A DNA stretch of 64,000 nt from Rhodosorus marinus CCMP1338 (Eukaryota; Plantae; Rhodophyta), in contig JAMWBK010000002.1 in assembly GCA_029953675.1 (NCBI GenBank), positions 1,426,001 through 1,490,000 of the forward strand, given 5' to 3'. A model generated the notes under the pieces. That model saw only the letters and a program-made list of their open reading frames with translations. It was not told the origin of the DNA and searched no databases. The position numbers and the translations under genes are program-made. Positions 1 to 12,308 of the stretch are shown here, piece after piece; position 1 is the stretch's first letter, and each line of letters opens with the position of its first letter.

Positions 1-708
1 GTGTGGGACTCCAGAATGGAATATTTTTTGGGTTTGTTTACGGCGAACGGAATCCTGTTGAACAGATATACTGCCTATCGAAATGCTTTGGGAGTCGTTG
101 CTGTGGAGTGGTCTGCGCTGGGGGAAATGATTGCTGTCGCAAGTTGTGATGGCTACGTACGGATTCTGGCAACAGCCACATGGAGAGTTTTATGCGAGTT
201 TGAGCACACTGATAAGGTGGTCAACACTGTCACATTCAAGGAGAGCTTTATACATGTTGATGAAGGAGACCCGAGAATTGGCTACAATGCTTCGGACGGG
301 GAGAATGTCATTACACTGAGGGACGAACAGCAAAAACAGACTTCCTCTTTTACGCGGGACTTTGCCAAGCTGGAGTGGAACTCGAAAGGAACCTATATAG
401 CGTGTGTCGATTCCGCCTATCCAAACGTTGTTCAGATCTGGGATATCCGTGGAAGACAGCAGGCTGCGGTTATCGTTCAGCGCAGCCCTGTTACCGACTT
501 GAAGTGGGATATTTCTAGCGACAGACTCGGACTCTGCACCGCGAACTCCTACCTCTATTCCTGGAGACCGGAGGGTTCGTCGTGTATCTCCTTGCCACTT
601 GACGGGTTTTCTTGTCGTCTTCTAGACTTTTCTTGGAACGGAGATTGTATCATGCTGCAAGATCGCGATACATACACCCTGGGATACGATGTATCCGCCA
701 GCGGATGA
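1..708 (+). CDS. WRAP73: WD40-repeat protein, WRAP73/WDR8 homologue (5-prime end lies outside the window)
   Basis: Open frame from base 1 to TGA at 708. The segments YRNALGVVAVEWSALGEMIAVASCDGYVRIL, WRVLCEFEH, VQIWDI and LGLCTANSYLYSW follow the WRAP73 repeat pattern. Confidence 0.75.
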   Translation: MWDSRMEYFLGLFTANGILLNRYTAYRNALGVVAVEWSALGEMIAVASCDGYVRILATATWRVLCEFEHTDKVVNTVTFKESFIHVDEGDPRIGYNASDGENVITLRDEQQKQTSSFTRDFAKLEWNSKGTYIACVDSAYPNVVQIWDIRGRQQAAVIVQRSPVTDLKWDISSDRLGLCTANSYLYSWRPEGSSCISLPLDGFSCRLLDFSWNGDCIMLQDRDTYTLGYDVSASG

Positions 709-2366
709 AGACCCTAGGCCTGTATGTCACACCAACTTTGAGAAAAACCGAAACTAGATAAAACTTTTCAGTTTGAAAATAGATTTGGGGTCGAGCTATG
801 TATAAATCTACCTCGTTCCCCTTCAACTGTGAAGCTCGAACAGTGCCTGATCCAACGACGGGACCAGCACCAACATTGCGCTCGACTCGCATCGGCAATA
901 CTATGTTGCCAAAATCAACAACCAAATCCACCATGAAATACCCAATTCATTTATAATAAAGTTTATAAACATCTTCGCCCAAATTTCAAGCTATACATAG
1001 ATTTGAATACCTACAATTGAATAAAAATGGACTCTATTCAAATAAAATTTCACAAAACCTATTAATGATTCACATTAATTGGAAAATAGTAGTAAATTTA
1101 CAGAAACAAGCCTAAGCGGATCCGTAGGCGTTCAGAAGCAAACACCAACTGCTAGTTACGCACCAGCTTTCGAGCGGGCTGACAGTCTCTAAGCAGAGCG
1201 AGGACTACCCATGGGGAGCCGGACGATGGAGCGATGTGCATGTTACATACCTCTGCATTCTGCAGGTATTCGATCCCGCTGATTTGAGCACGCGTAGTGC
1301 CGAGCCGGCTACGAATAGAAGGATGAAGACTTGTGGATACTCGTGCGGCAGAGCGTGTCCTGAAACCTCCATCATCATAACATACAAGAAAAGCTGTTAA
1401 TGAGTCGGGAGGGGGAAGTTTCTGGAGACCACCGTCCCCATCAGCTTTGCCCCTTCCCAGACTATGTGAATCTCATCAAAAAAACATCCACCGCTGCTTT
1501 GTTCGGTTTTCAATGTTGAATATTTCCTTGTCGCGGATTATGAAGCCATCGAGTCGGTATTGCCAACTCGATGGCTTCATAATCGATAGTCGTGGAACAA
1601 ACGGTTTCCTTTTTGTAAATAAAAATTCAGTGTTTCGACTGTGTTAGATGAGGCGACAAAAAAAAATATCAAAACACTGCGATCGATGATTTCATATCTG
1701 GGGTCGGTTCATGGAGCACTCTAGAGTAGCCCGGAATGGATATCAGTTGTTTTAAATATAAAACGCCCAGAAACGTATCAAAAGGAAAATCTCCCCCCCC
1801 CCCTTCTTTTGCGAGAAACACCTTACACAGCATTTCTTGCAACCGTGGATAAGAGCTTTTCTTGTGGATTGTTTATGTACGCAGGGACTATCAAAGTCAG
1901 CCATTCAATCCTTTCACATATATATAGACTGAAATATCGATTGAACTAGCCTTTAAATCTTTTTCATAACCCGTACGATAGAATGCCACGAAGGCAGCAT
2001 GAGTTTTACTACTATTTTATGATTGAATATTATGGTTCTATTGAAAGAAATACGTAGCACCAATGTTTGGAATTGATCGAGAGGTAGCTGAACAATAGAA
2101 TACATTCGCAAAAACTTGTTTTTTTCGTATGTTTCTAGAGAGACCTCAAAGAGCGGATAGGGGTGGTCGTTGGTTGAGGGATTCCCACTGTAATTTTGGG
2201 AGTTCAACTTACTACCCTTGACGAATACCTCGTGTCAGCGCGAGATCAATCAAGTTTTCAGACTATGTTCCAATCAAGTTCTAATATGGAAGGACTCTGA
2301 CTAAGTCCAGTCAAGTCCCGCTTGCACATTTTTTTCCTTGTGGATAGCCTTATGCGACAGAATATT

Positions 2367-2383
2367 CCCCCCCCCCCCCCCCC
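2367..2383. repeat. 17-nt poly-C tract within a C-run-rich intergenic region upstream of the bZIP gene
   Basis: Direct reading of the sequence. Further C runs occur near 1794-1803 and 2490-2700. Confidence 0.9.
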
Positions 2384-3325
2384 TTTGCTCGTCACTCGTT
2401 TATTAATAAGCAACTAGAATTCCATGAAAGCTTTCAAAAAACCTGCCTAGCCAAAACTCAACTTCCTTATTTAAGCTACGCGAACCTCCATCCCCCCCCC
2501 AAATAACCCCTTTCCTTTTTCTCCCCCGAATTTCTTCTAGCTACTTCGATCCAACAGAACATCCAAAAACTATTCCAAAACTCAAATATCAGTCAGAACT
2601 ATTTCAGGAAAAGAGGCTAATAAAATTCCTAAAAAATAAACCCCTCTCCATCCTCGTCCCTTTCCTCCCCCTCCCCCCCTCTTTCCCCCAACCCTCAATT
2701 TTTCTTACATTATTCAAAGAAAAAATCCGAAAAAAGGTGGTTTTTCCACTAGCTTGTCCGCTCACCGTGAATACACATACTCTTAGATTGCAAAAAAGTT
2801 TGCGTATACCTTTTTTTTGCTCGTTTTGAATGGTGAATCAACGTCGGTTTTTTGGTGTTTTTTTTCTTTAGAATATTTTTTTTGAGATTATTAAGGATGA
2901 CCAATGAAGGTGATAATGGCCAAATAGTGCCTGGAGAGGGGGGTGTGTGAAGGAGGGGGCGCTGGCTTGATCATTTCCATTGTTTTTTATTAATTCTTTT
3001 CTTGAATAAGGGATTGGGAGAGTTTTGAAGGGTGCTGTTTGGGATTGTGCTTTGCATATATGGAAATTTGATGGATGGAGGGCGGGGGGAGGAGGAGAGG
3101 ATTTGGTTTAGAGAGGACTGTATGTGTGTCTGGGTTGATGAAGAAGATTTTGATCTGTTGATACTGTGGATTTGAGAAAGGTTTGGATTTTTTGTAGAGG
3201 CCGTGGGAGGGTTGAAGTTTCGAGAGTTTGGTATCCGAGTTGTGGTTGTTGTGCAAGTGTTATTGTTCGAGAACGGGGACGACGTGGACCTTTTCTGAAA
3301 AGGTTTTTTCTTTCTGAGAGACAAG

Positions 3326-4312
3326 ATGGATTTCGAGTTTAGTAAGGAAGAGCCTTTGGAAGACTTTGGTTTTGAGTTTGCAAACGAGCCATGGGCGGAT
3401 GAAGTGGATGTGATGCCCGAAATTGGCAGTGACTTTTTGTACAATCTGGACGAGAAGGAACTTGTGCAGCAAAACCAGGGAGATTGGCATGATTCAGAGA
3501 AGCTGTCCCACTCATCTTTGAGTGAAAATGTCGAGAGCAGCGAGAGCATTTCATCACAGGAAAAGCCGAAAGCGGGGGAAAAGAAAAGGAAACTTTCAAA
3601 TGAAGATATCTCATCACGAGACGGTTATGTTACTGAGCTTGAGCGAAGGTTGGACATTCTTGCCAAGGAGAATAAAGAACTACGGAAGCAGCTCGCGAAA
3701 GTGAAGCAAACAAACCGAGTACTGCGAACTCAGGTGCAGCCCATCGTCTATCCGCAGCAGCCGTTCTTGCTTACAATTGCCAACAACATTCAGGGCGCTC
3801 TCACTGTATCCAACCCTCAGCGGGCAAAGTCGACAACGGGAGTTACGACTCTATGCGTGTTCTTCCTGCTGGGTGCTTTCATGCTTCCTGGACTTTACAA
3901 TGGTGCGAGTGACAATGGTGATTTGGGAATGATTGCCTCGCATGATGTGCCGAAAATGGCTCTCCCTTCCACGGCAGACGACGCATCGCAAATGACCGTT
4001 TCTAGTCTGAGACATCATGGAATGAATCTCCTCGCTCTGCCAATGTCTGAGCGGGAAAGAAAAGAGCGAGATGGAGTCTTTATGTGTCCTAAAGTCGTTA
4101 GCATTCTGCGCGATGAACGCGAAGGGTTGAACTTAATCTCCGTCGTGGTTCCGACCGCAACAATTACTGGCGGCGAGGTCAACGAGTCTTTCACGGAGCT
4201 TGTGTGCGAAGTGAGGACCATGAATACCATGATTCTGTCAAACTCGGGAGAGTTGAACGGAACCGAAATCGGAGCAGTTGGCTCAGTTTTCTCGGAAGAA
4301 GCTAGAGTGTAA
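3326..4312 (+). CDS. Membrane-tethered bZIP transcription factor (ATF6/bZIP28/CREB3-like architecture)
   Basis: Intronless 328-aa ORF. It has an acidic N-terminus, a leucine zipper (YVTELERRLDILAKENKELRKQLAKVKQTNRVLRTQV), a hydrophobic segment (GVTTLCVFFLLGAFMLPGL) and a lumenal C-terminus with ISVVVP and FTELVCEV motifs reminiscent of the ATF6 C-terminus. Confidence 0.75.
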   Translation: MDFEFSKEEPLEDFGFEFANEPWADEVDVMPEIGSDFLYNLDEKELVQQNQGDWHDSEKLSHSSLSENVESSESISSQEKPKAGEKKRKLSNEDISSRDGYVTELERRLDILAKENKELRKQLAKVKQTNRVLRTQVQPIVYPQQPFLLTIANNIQGALTVSNPQRAKSTTGVTTLCVFFLLGAFMLPGLYNGASDNGDLGMIASHDVPKMALPSTADDASQMTVSSLRHHGMNLLALPMSERERKERDGVFMCPKVVSILRDEREGLNLISVVVPTATITGGEVNESFTELVCEVRTMNTMILSNSGELNGTEIGAVGSVFSEEARV

Positions 4313-5400
4313 AACTGAGACGTGGGTTGATATCGTCCTGTTTTTCATGAACCAAAGTGCACATCATATCAAACGCTGTTTTATAATTAAAGAATAACTT
4401 TTTACATAGTCGTCGAGTACATGCAGACCCTCTGGATCGGTCCAATCTTGAGCACCAGAAGGGCCAGCTTGGAAGCGGTGGGGGCAGGACCAACACGATG
4501 ACTGCAGAACAGCCGTATTCTCTCAAGAGATGGGGAACTGAGGTTCCGCCAGCGTGCCTTGAGCAGGAATGCGAAAACGAGAGCTTGCTACGTACTACAG
4601 ATCGGGGTGAAGATGGAGGATATAACCATGCCCGGCTTTCGGAATACCTCCCACATCTTCGCCCTTACTACTCACTACCTAGTCAAACACGTGATAGGTG
4701 AACTCCAATTCGGTCTGACAAGGATCATGTCTACGCTCGATATCCTGAAGTATTTTCTCCAGTCCGCGTTCGTGCAGCAAATATCTTCGGTTCCTGCACG
4801 TCCGTCCCTTTGCTCTCATCCTGTTCTGGGCAGGAGACAACAAGACAGGTGTTAGGAGAATTCGACTACCGGTGGCGAAAGACTTTCCTCTCACCATAAG
4901 CGCTCGTAGTTGGCAAGTCATTGCGGGCATGGCAGCGATGATAGGATTCCCTGAAATAGAGAATTACGGGGTTATTCTGGATCGCAACAGAAGTACCTTT
5001 TGCGAGTTTCAAATATTTGGAATCACGACCAAGCTGGAGAAGCACGATGGCCAACCTATTCTAAAGGGTGGATGACCGAAGATATATGCTACACGAAATG
5101 GGAACATGGAGAAAATATATGATGCGTTCGGGCACTCACCCGCGTCAGTCTCAAAGCCAGAGATCAACCATACAATTCTCGCTTCCACAACAGTAGGCAA
5201 CGAGAACCTTGGACCACAGCTCATGACAGTGCGACGGACTCCAAGAATCAAAAATTTCGTCTAATAGTTTAATCAACGAAGCATCATTTCCCACGAGCGA
5301 AAAAACCAGAAGTCCCGCGATACAAGCGGAATTGATGTTTATGTTCATTTCTTTTTATGCCCAGATTAAGTGTGGGAAGCAAGTCTTACATAGCGGTCAT

Positions 5401-6656
5401 TTACAGGTTCTTCCATCCGACAAAAGATCTTAGTTGCTCGTACACTGTCAGGGTTAGTAAGGTATGAGGGCCGAGACGGGCATAGTTGGGAACCCAGCCC
5501 TTGTAAAGACCTTTCAGCCCTTCGCTCCTCACAATCTTTCTCAAACAATCCAGCGGACCTTGATACAAATCCTTGTAGTTCATCATCCTCGTCTTTACCA
5601 TGTCGACAGGTTGCGTCACTGTTGTTGTAACAAACTGTTCAAGGCGGAACATGTCAGGCGCGAAGCAAGATGATCAAAGCTCTGCTTCATAGGCGGATCA
5701 GCCTGCACGCGGCCATTTTCAAAAGGAAGCTACCACTTACCCCAGACATCATTCCAGCAGAGACTTGAGCAACTACGCCATCTTCCAAATGCAGGTACTC
5801 CTTTACAACTGTTTTGCTATGGTCATAGACTCCTAACTGTGTTCCAGTTAGTAGCGCTCCACGGACAACATACGGAACCAGCCCTCTCCATAGACCGAAA
5901 ACTCCGTCCGTTCGAACTATGTCCGCTATTGCGGATACGGGGTTGCTGTAGGAGTACGACTTTCCCTGCATTCTCACCTTGATGAGCCTGAGAATTGAAA
6001 AATAACGAGTTCAGTCCTAAGTTCAACGCTGACGTGTGCGCGAGTCACCTAGAATTAATACGTACTCGAATGGACACCCTGCACAAGCCGCTATCGTGCC
6101 GGAAGCCACTCCTGCCATGAGCTTCGTCAAGAAACCGTTGGACCCAGTCGAGCTGATGATCTGGTTTCGTACGGGTTCGTACATCCCAAGCCTGGTCGCC
6201 GAATACGTGTACGCTCGAAGAATTGCTGCATTGTAACCTCTCCAAAGCGTTGTCACGCCCTCGTTTCGGACTACAGTCACGAAGCCTGAACCACGAAGAA
6301 GCGGGGTCTTCCGAAGTCAGAGGGAATATTCAAAACAGATTTCGGATTTGCTGCTTGATACTTTCGCGACTTGATTTCTCACCTCTGAGCATCCCTTTGT
6401 ATTCCCTGGCGTCCCCACTCGCCATTTGCAATTGGAGCCTACATTTCATCATATCTATTGGGTTCGTAAAGAAGGTGCTAATTGCGCAAGCTGAACCGCT
6501 TAACACCAGCTGCTGGAAAATTGTCGGTTTCATCTTCTGCGCTATCGCAACAGCTCCACTTCCTGAACCTGACACTTCGGCCGGCTTCACTGCCGCGGTG
6601 GCCGGTGGTGCATGGTGGCCACCCGTCACGCCAGTCTGACCTTGAACAGCTGCCAT
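5401..6656 (-). CDS. Mitochondrial carrier (SLC25), UCP / oxoglutarate-malate / dicarboxylate carrier-like; 4 exons
   Basis: Three carrier repeats with PX(D/E)XX(K/R) signatures (NPIDMMKCRLQ, CPFE|..KVRMQ, QPVDMVKTRMM) and GLYKGWVPNYARLGPHT. ATG at 6656. First intron 6382-6286 is GT-AG. Confidence 0.9.
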
Positions 6657-8669
6657 ATGGTCTGACCACAACACTGACAGTTGAAAATTATTCTATCCGA
6701 TCTCCTGGACTTGTGTTCTTTCCCGACAAACCTTTCACACTCACAAACAAAAGCCCCACCCGGCCCCTCCCTTCCACCCCAACTTCAAGTCATATACTTC
6801 CAACTCTCAGTCTAAACAAGAAGGCACCATCCGTCTCCTCACTCGAAAGAGATCAGTTACCCAGGCCGGCGTCCCACCACACTCTCCACACACTCCCACC
6901 CCCTAGCGTCTCCTCCGAACTCATCCAACCAGCACCCTTAAGACCTCCTTTGCAAGCCCAATACTTCGCGTCATCTTTCCCCACCCGGGTGACATTTTAC
7001 AACACCTTTTTTCATGAAAATAAAAAATCTTTCGAGTATTTTGCAACGGGCCAAAGCCCACACAGATCCTGCCCAATATTCCAAAAAAATTCCCATTCTC
7101 TGCCATTATTCGGACCCCTCTCAGAATCACAGGAAGCACAACAATCTCGGAAAAACAATTCAAAAACGAAGGAATCGTCTTACTACCCCCCCGGGGGATG
7201 AGAAGATCACTTTGTTTGACTTGGAAAGAACGATTTCAGTCACCACTTCCAAGCTCTGTCACGAAGGGTCGCGTAAACATGAAATCCATTACTTTTCGAT
7301 TAAAATATAATGAATTTTAGATAAATTACTTTTCATGAGAATACAAGACAATCATTTTTCAGGTACTAGATTGTTTAAGCGGTTTATTTTCAATATGACG
7401 GTTATTATTTATGATATTAGAATTGTTTAGAGCATATTTAGAAGGTGATATTGTATTATCGGGAAATAAATAGTTAATACTATATCGCAAATCAGAGCTT
7501 TGTTTGCACCCCCCTAGACAGCGCAAGATGTAGTATGGAAAGATGAAAACAAATTTAAGCAGTCACTTTTACAGTTCTTGCAAAGGGCTGGAGAGGTGTC
7601 CGGCTCGCAAGTTTGGTTTTTAGAGAAATTATTGTATCTCGGTATTTTTGTTGTTGATTGGCCAGTTATTTGAAAGAGTCTTTGGATTATATTCGTTAAT
7701 TGGCTAGACGGTTGGTCTGTATGTATTGATTGGATATTTATTGTCGAAGTATTTTAAAAAAGCACATTATTCAGTACAGTAAGAAACGCGGGAGAAAACT
7801 GACTGGAGTAGGCGGAACAGCTGTGCAGCCGCGAATTGTTGAGGAGGGGATGTCACATCGGCAACACGAGATGGAGACCGGGTGGCGCAACTGCTGGAGA
7901 ACAGTTCCTTCAGTTTTTCGGACGAGATTGTCGCACAGAATATGTGGCGCTGCTCCCGTTCCTGAACGCGAGGGGTAACCTTGTGGCACCTGATCAGGTA
8001 CAGCAGTGTATAGGACAAAACAAGTGGAGGATTTTTTCTCGCAAAACGTTCCCAAATCAGTCGGACCTTGTCAGCGGCTGTGTCACTCACGCCACGGTGA
8101 GATGCTTGCCAACCATGAAGTCTTGATAAGTCAGGCTACTCAAGACCTGCATGAGGTGGTTCGCATCTTGAGAACTAGATGTGAGAACAGCTCACGGCGA
8201 GATCAAGTCTTGAGAGGACAATTTTGAGACTCCCTAGTGCGCGTCCTTGGGGGACAATTGCCGCCGAAATCAAGAGTCTAGAATGAGAATGCTCAGCGCT
8301 CTCAAAGCAAGAAATCAATTTTACTTTGCTCGTCTCCGACTATCCGCCTTTTTCTTCTCTGGTTTTAACCGATCTTCAGATGACTCCGAGCTGCCCTGCT
8401 AAGGCCGGTCACTTGCCTAGCTACCACTGCTCATACTGCACTCACACTGGGTCGCGAAAAGCTGGTCAAGCTAAGCCTAGTTAGATAACCGTTGCCCAAT
8501 GACGGCACATCCTTACAATACCGTCACCGAAAGGGGGGTTCCATCCTTCTTCCGTTCTCAAGCAAGGAGGCCCATGTTAATAGGCACGGGGGACTTATAC
8601 AACAGTTCACACGTTTATTCACATACGGCTGGGCCAATTAATTGGGATTCGTTCTAGCCCAGTAGAATT

Positions 8670-10805
8670 TCAAGCGTTTAGAAGAAGCAAAATCGCAAGT
8701 GACAGCGCAACGCAAATAGTGCCAATCGCGTGATACGAAGCAAGGAATCTAAGATTAACATCCACATGAAACCGGGCAGACATTGCAATGCTAAGAGCAT
8801 AAAGCGGCGGAAGGAGGGAAGCGAGCTCATAGCTGAAGGGTGGTAAATCCCATGGACCTCCGATGAATTCCACATCTCGATTAGAAAACTTCCTCTGACC
8901 GAGCGCTACCTGTTTTCTCATAACTTCCACGTCCTCATGCTCTGGCTCTAGAACTTTTCGTACCCGTTCGCTCGCGTTTCTTGCGTATCTGCCCCTGTCC
9001 AGAAGACCGCGCTGAAAGCCTTGCAGTGTATAGCTACCCGCGCCAGGAATTGAAAGGGCGACTCCCAAGGCGCAGGCAAGACCGTTCAGATCTGTCCTCT
9101 TGTGAGTGAAGTTATCCACGGCATGATGACTCTGGCGCATATAGGAGCTGATCTGCGTAGCGAGCTCCCTGAGATTGCTCTCGGAGTCGGATGAGTACCA
9201 AGGGCCACTGAAAGTGCTGCGCGCCGAGGCCAGAGCATTCGATATTGGCCTCGGGGCAAAAGCTTCTGAAAGAAGCTCTAGCAGATGCGACCCGTCTTCA
9301 GTGGCTCCCAAGCTGAGCTTCGCAGCTCGTTCGGTAAAGCGGGGAAGAACATAGGTAATTTCAAGATCGAGATGGGAAATCACCTCGGACCATTCACCGA
9401 TGTTAAGTTCCCCAGAATCGCGGCCTACCCGGGAAGCGGCAGAGTCCTGCAAGTCGTTGATTCGGTCCCCTATGGATGGGGGCAAGTACTCCAAAGCGGA
9501 CGCAGCTACACCACGACTACGAGATCTTCGGGGAAGAGTCCGTTTCTCAGCCACGGACCGCGCGTGCTGATTCCAGGGAACTATAAGCAAACTTGTTGAC
9601 CGCATGAACGAAATCAGGACAGCCGAACCGGATGTTGACGATGCCGACCACAATCCCTCAGCTTCTGCTCCAAGATATCTTATCTCGGAAGCCACGCTCT
9701 TCCTCATGGTCGCCAATCCAATAGATCCCGTGAGCTGTGGGTCCGCAAGCTTCGCCCCGTTTCGAAGGGCATAGAGTTCCGCCCGTTTTGGTAAAGCCTC
9801 CGTAGCCTCCGAAGGAGTTCTTGGCTGTACGTGTAAAGCGAGGATCGTTAATGCGTCCATAGTACCGCTCGTCGGAGGATCATTGGAGCTAAGAGGAGCT
9901 CGACAAAAGAACTCCAAGCTGGCCGCCAAGAACAGTCTTCCGTAGGCCGGACCTTGCCCTGCTCGATCACGCTGGTCTTTTGGCGCGAAGAAGTTGGCGT
10001 AGCTGGAGAACAGATAGTTGAACACCGCCCGGCGAGATGGCAAAAGTGAACTGCGCCTGCGCCGGCGAACGTTCATTCCTGAGGATCCAGAACGTCCCCT
10101 CCAAAGTGGACTTGAGCACATACACAGCAAAAAGTACTCATAACAGCTTAACGTCAGCAATGACCCTGAGCTGCTCAGTCTCATCAAGCAGAACCAGCTC
10201 AGTAGACTGCTGTTCGCTTGTGATGGATCTCTGTCGCCAAGAACACCCGCGGAGACGTGTGGAAGATATTTTCCGTTTTGTATTAGATAAGGGTCCTCGT
10301 TCGTCCGGTCCGATTCAGAGCCCGGGATTGGATGCTGCTGCCTTATGGTATTGATATCATTCTGGGTCGAAAGCGGCAGGTTCGACACGGGAAACTCAAA
10401 GGTATACTCCGGGGCTGTCGCGCAAACGAGCCTGTGGAGGGGTCCAGTTGGCAACAAAACCTTCAGTACTGCTTCTCGCTCCTTGCTTTCGACTCTACTT
10501 GCATCTTCCAGCCACCCTTCATCTCCGAATCCAAATATTTTTAACATCAACCTGGGGAACCCTTCATATACTGGTCGAAACTCTTCCTCCCCAGATATAA
10601 CTCGGCCCAGAGCAAACCCAAGCCTATCCCACTCACATCCACTCGGCAGCTCCGATCCATCTCGAAGAATCTCAATAAGCCGTTCTCTAATACCTTCGCC
10701 GTCCTTGAACTCACCGTTCTCCTGTCCTCCATATCCAGCTTCCCTATCAATAGCGCCGCTTCCGGTGCTTGCACGCCCAACAACCCTCATCACACTGCTC
10801 TTCAT
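8670..10805 (-). CDS. SMPD4: Sphingomyelin phosphodiesterase 4 (SMPD4/nSMase3)-like protein
   Basis: Intronless 711-aa ORF. The C-terminal GGPWDLPPFSYELASLLPPLYALS..VNLRFLAS followed by a terminal TM helix matches the SMPD4 family tail. YEYFLLC lies in the central region. Confidence 0.7.
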   Translation of the reverse strand: MKSSVMRVVGRASTGSGAIDREAGYGGQENGEFKDGEGIRERLIEILRDGSELPSGCEWDRLGFALGRVISGEEEFRPVYEGFPRLMLKIFGFGDEGWLEDASRVESKEREAVLKVLLPTGPLHRLVCATAPEYTFEFPVSNLPLSTQNDINTIRQQHPIPGSESDRTNEDPYLIQNGKYLPHVSAGVLGDRDPSQANSSLLSWFCLMRLSSSGSLLTLSCYEYFLLCMCSSPLWRGRSGSSGMNVRRRRRSSLLPSRRAVFNYLFSSYANFFAPKDQRDRAGQGPAYGRLFLAASLEFFCRAPLSSNDPPTSGTMDALTILALHVQPRTPSEATEALPKRAELYALRNGAKLADPQLTGSIGLATMRKSVASEIRYLGAEAEGLWSASSTSGSAVLISFMRSTSLLIVPWNQHARSVAEKRTLPRRSRSRGVAASALEYLPPSIGDRINDLQDSAASRVGRDSGELNIGEWSEVISHLDLEITYVLPRFTERAAKLSLGATEDGSHLLELLSEAFAPRPISNALASARSTFSGPWYSSDSESNLRELATQISSYMRQSHHAVDNFTHKRTDLNGLACALGVALSIPGAGSYTLQGFQRGLLDRGRYARNASERVRKVLEPEHEDVEVMRKQVALGQRKFSNRDVEFIGGPWDLPPFSYELASLLPPLYALSIAMSARFHVDVNLRFLASYHAIGTICVALSLAILLLLNA

Positions 10806-12308
10806 TGTATATACACTCCTCCAAACTTCGGCTCACAAACTTTTGCAATCCAATTCTACGTGCTCACCTTCACTAATACTCTGAATGGTTCATGTCTTAG
10901 CCCAACCTCAGTGTCCAGGATAAAGCAAGCCCCACACATGGTTACGGACTCCTCCAACTGAAAATCACAATTGCACAAGTACCGATCTCTCTACAACTCC
11001 TTACCGGCTCTTCATCTCGCTCCCCCCCAACTGTTCCAAATAAGATGAATTTGGATCCAACTCAAAAGTGACTAGGTCTAATCATGAAACTCCTTCAGGA
11101 TTGAACGCCTTGAGCGACAAAATCACAAGCACGGAGCCGCTATTTGCCACTCCAAAAAAAACACAAACCACATATGCACAAATCCCTGACCGGCCGATCT
11201 CTTCTTCCCGCTCTTCTGTAACGACATCTATATGAGACTTCGTCCACCTCTCAATACCTAGTCACTTTCTAAACCAGCTCCTATGCTGCCCTTACAAGCT
11301 GGTCTAGCAGCTCAGTCTACGGACCTAAACCAGCCAAGCCTTGATATTCTCAATGCCTTTTATAGTTGCAAACTTTACTTTATTCAAAGTTGAGTTGTAT
11401 CAGATCCAAAAAACAAGGCGACAACTTCGCAAAGCTTCATGTTTAACTACCCTTTCGAGTGATGCCTTCTCTTAGCCCTCTGCGCGGATCATCTTCTTCC
11501 TGAAGAAGACAACAGAAACGAGAAAATCTTTCACAGCTGTTTCTCGGGGCCAAATAATAGGTAACACTTCGCCCATGTTACCAAACCGCAGAATCAAGCA
11601 AGAATTTCCCTGGCCAAAATATAAACAAACCCGCTCCCACTGTTACCTTTGCATTTTTATGTTCGTCAATTCCACGGGATTTATTAGGTCACAACGGCAG
11701 TTTGGCGAATGGTACTGCAATCCAATCTAGTTTCTGGCCAACCTACCAGACCATTTTTATCGGGACTATTGCAAAGTCTTGGAAGAATTTTGTCGGACAA
11801 AATTAACTGTCCACTGCTACAAAAGTCGAGTCGGGCTTGAACGAACAAGGAGAATCTATAGCTCCAACTAGGCTTTGGGGAAGGAGCAGTGCGAGTGAAT
11901 TTGCTTGAACGACATGAACCGGCGGTCTGAACCAGACGAGTAGTACGGGGAGGATACGACTTTGTTTCCTAGGTAGGGTCTGCTTTGAGTAGCTGGAGTT
12001 TTTACGGGCTCCGCAAGGTTGGCTTTGAAGACGTTTTGGATAGCAAGGTCAGTTTCGGCTGGAAGTGCTTAAAAGGTTCGAAGTTTTGAAGGTCGATTGA
12101 GGAGAGTCGGCTCACTAGGTTGCTCTCCGTAAGTGTGTTTTACTGTACTCCAGTATTTTACACTGTGGATTCCTACCTTACACTGCATCAAGGATTGAGC
12201 AGGCTTGATGCTTTTGCCTTCGCCACCGCTAATATTTCCACAGGCCTGAACATGAACTTGGGAAGTGGGCTTGCCATTAAAGCTTATGGTTTCGACATAG
12301 GATGCATC

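Noticed and set aside
3071-3175. 34-codon upstream ORF before the bZIP start
   Set aside because: The TSS and possible leader introns are unknown, and such ORFs arise easily in G/T-rich DNA.
2971-3549. Long antisense ORFs over G/T-skewed leaders (also 18486-19082, 21213-21896, 24797-25513)
   Set aside because: Low-complexity S/P/K/T-rich shadows of the strand skew, not genes.
4498-5348. Short ORFs with faint RT-like strings (MSTLDILKYFL, VPFASFKYLES)
   Set aside because: No YxDD motif or consistent frame. It may be a decayed retroelement but cannot be supported.
7730-8230. Overlapping short ORFs that look like decayed coding sequence
   Set aside because: No recognisable family in any frame.
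11350-11370. GCCTTTTA resembling U5 snRNA loop 1
   Set aside because: One mismatch, and no flanking stem or Sm site.
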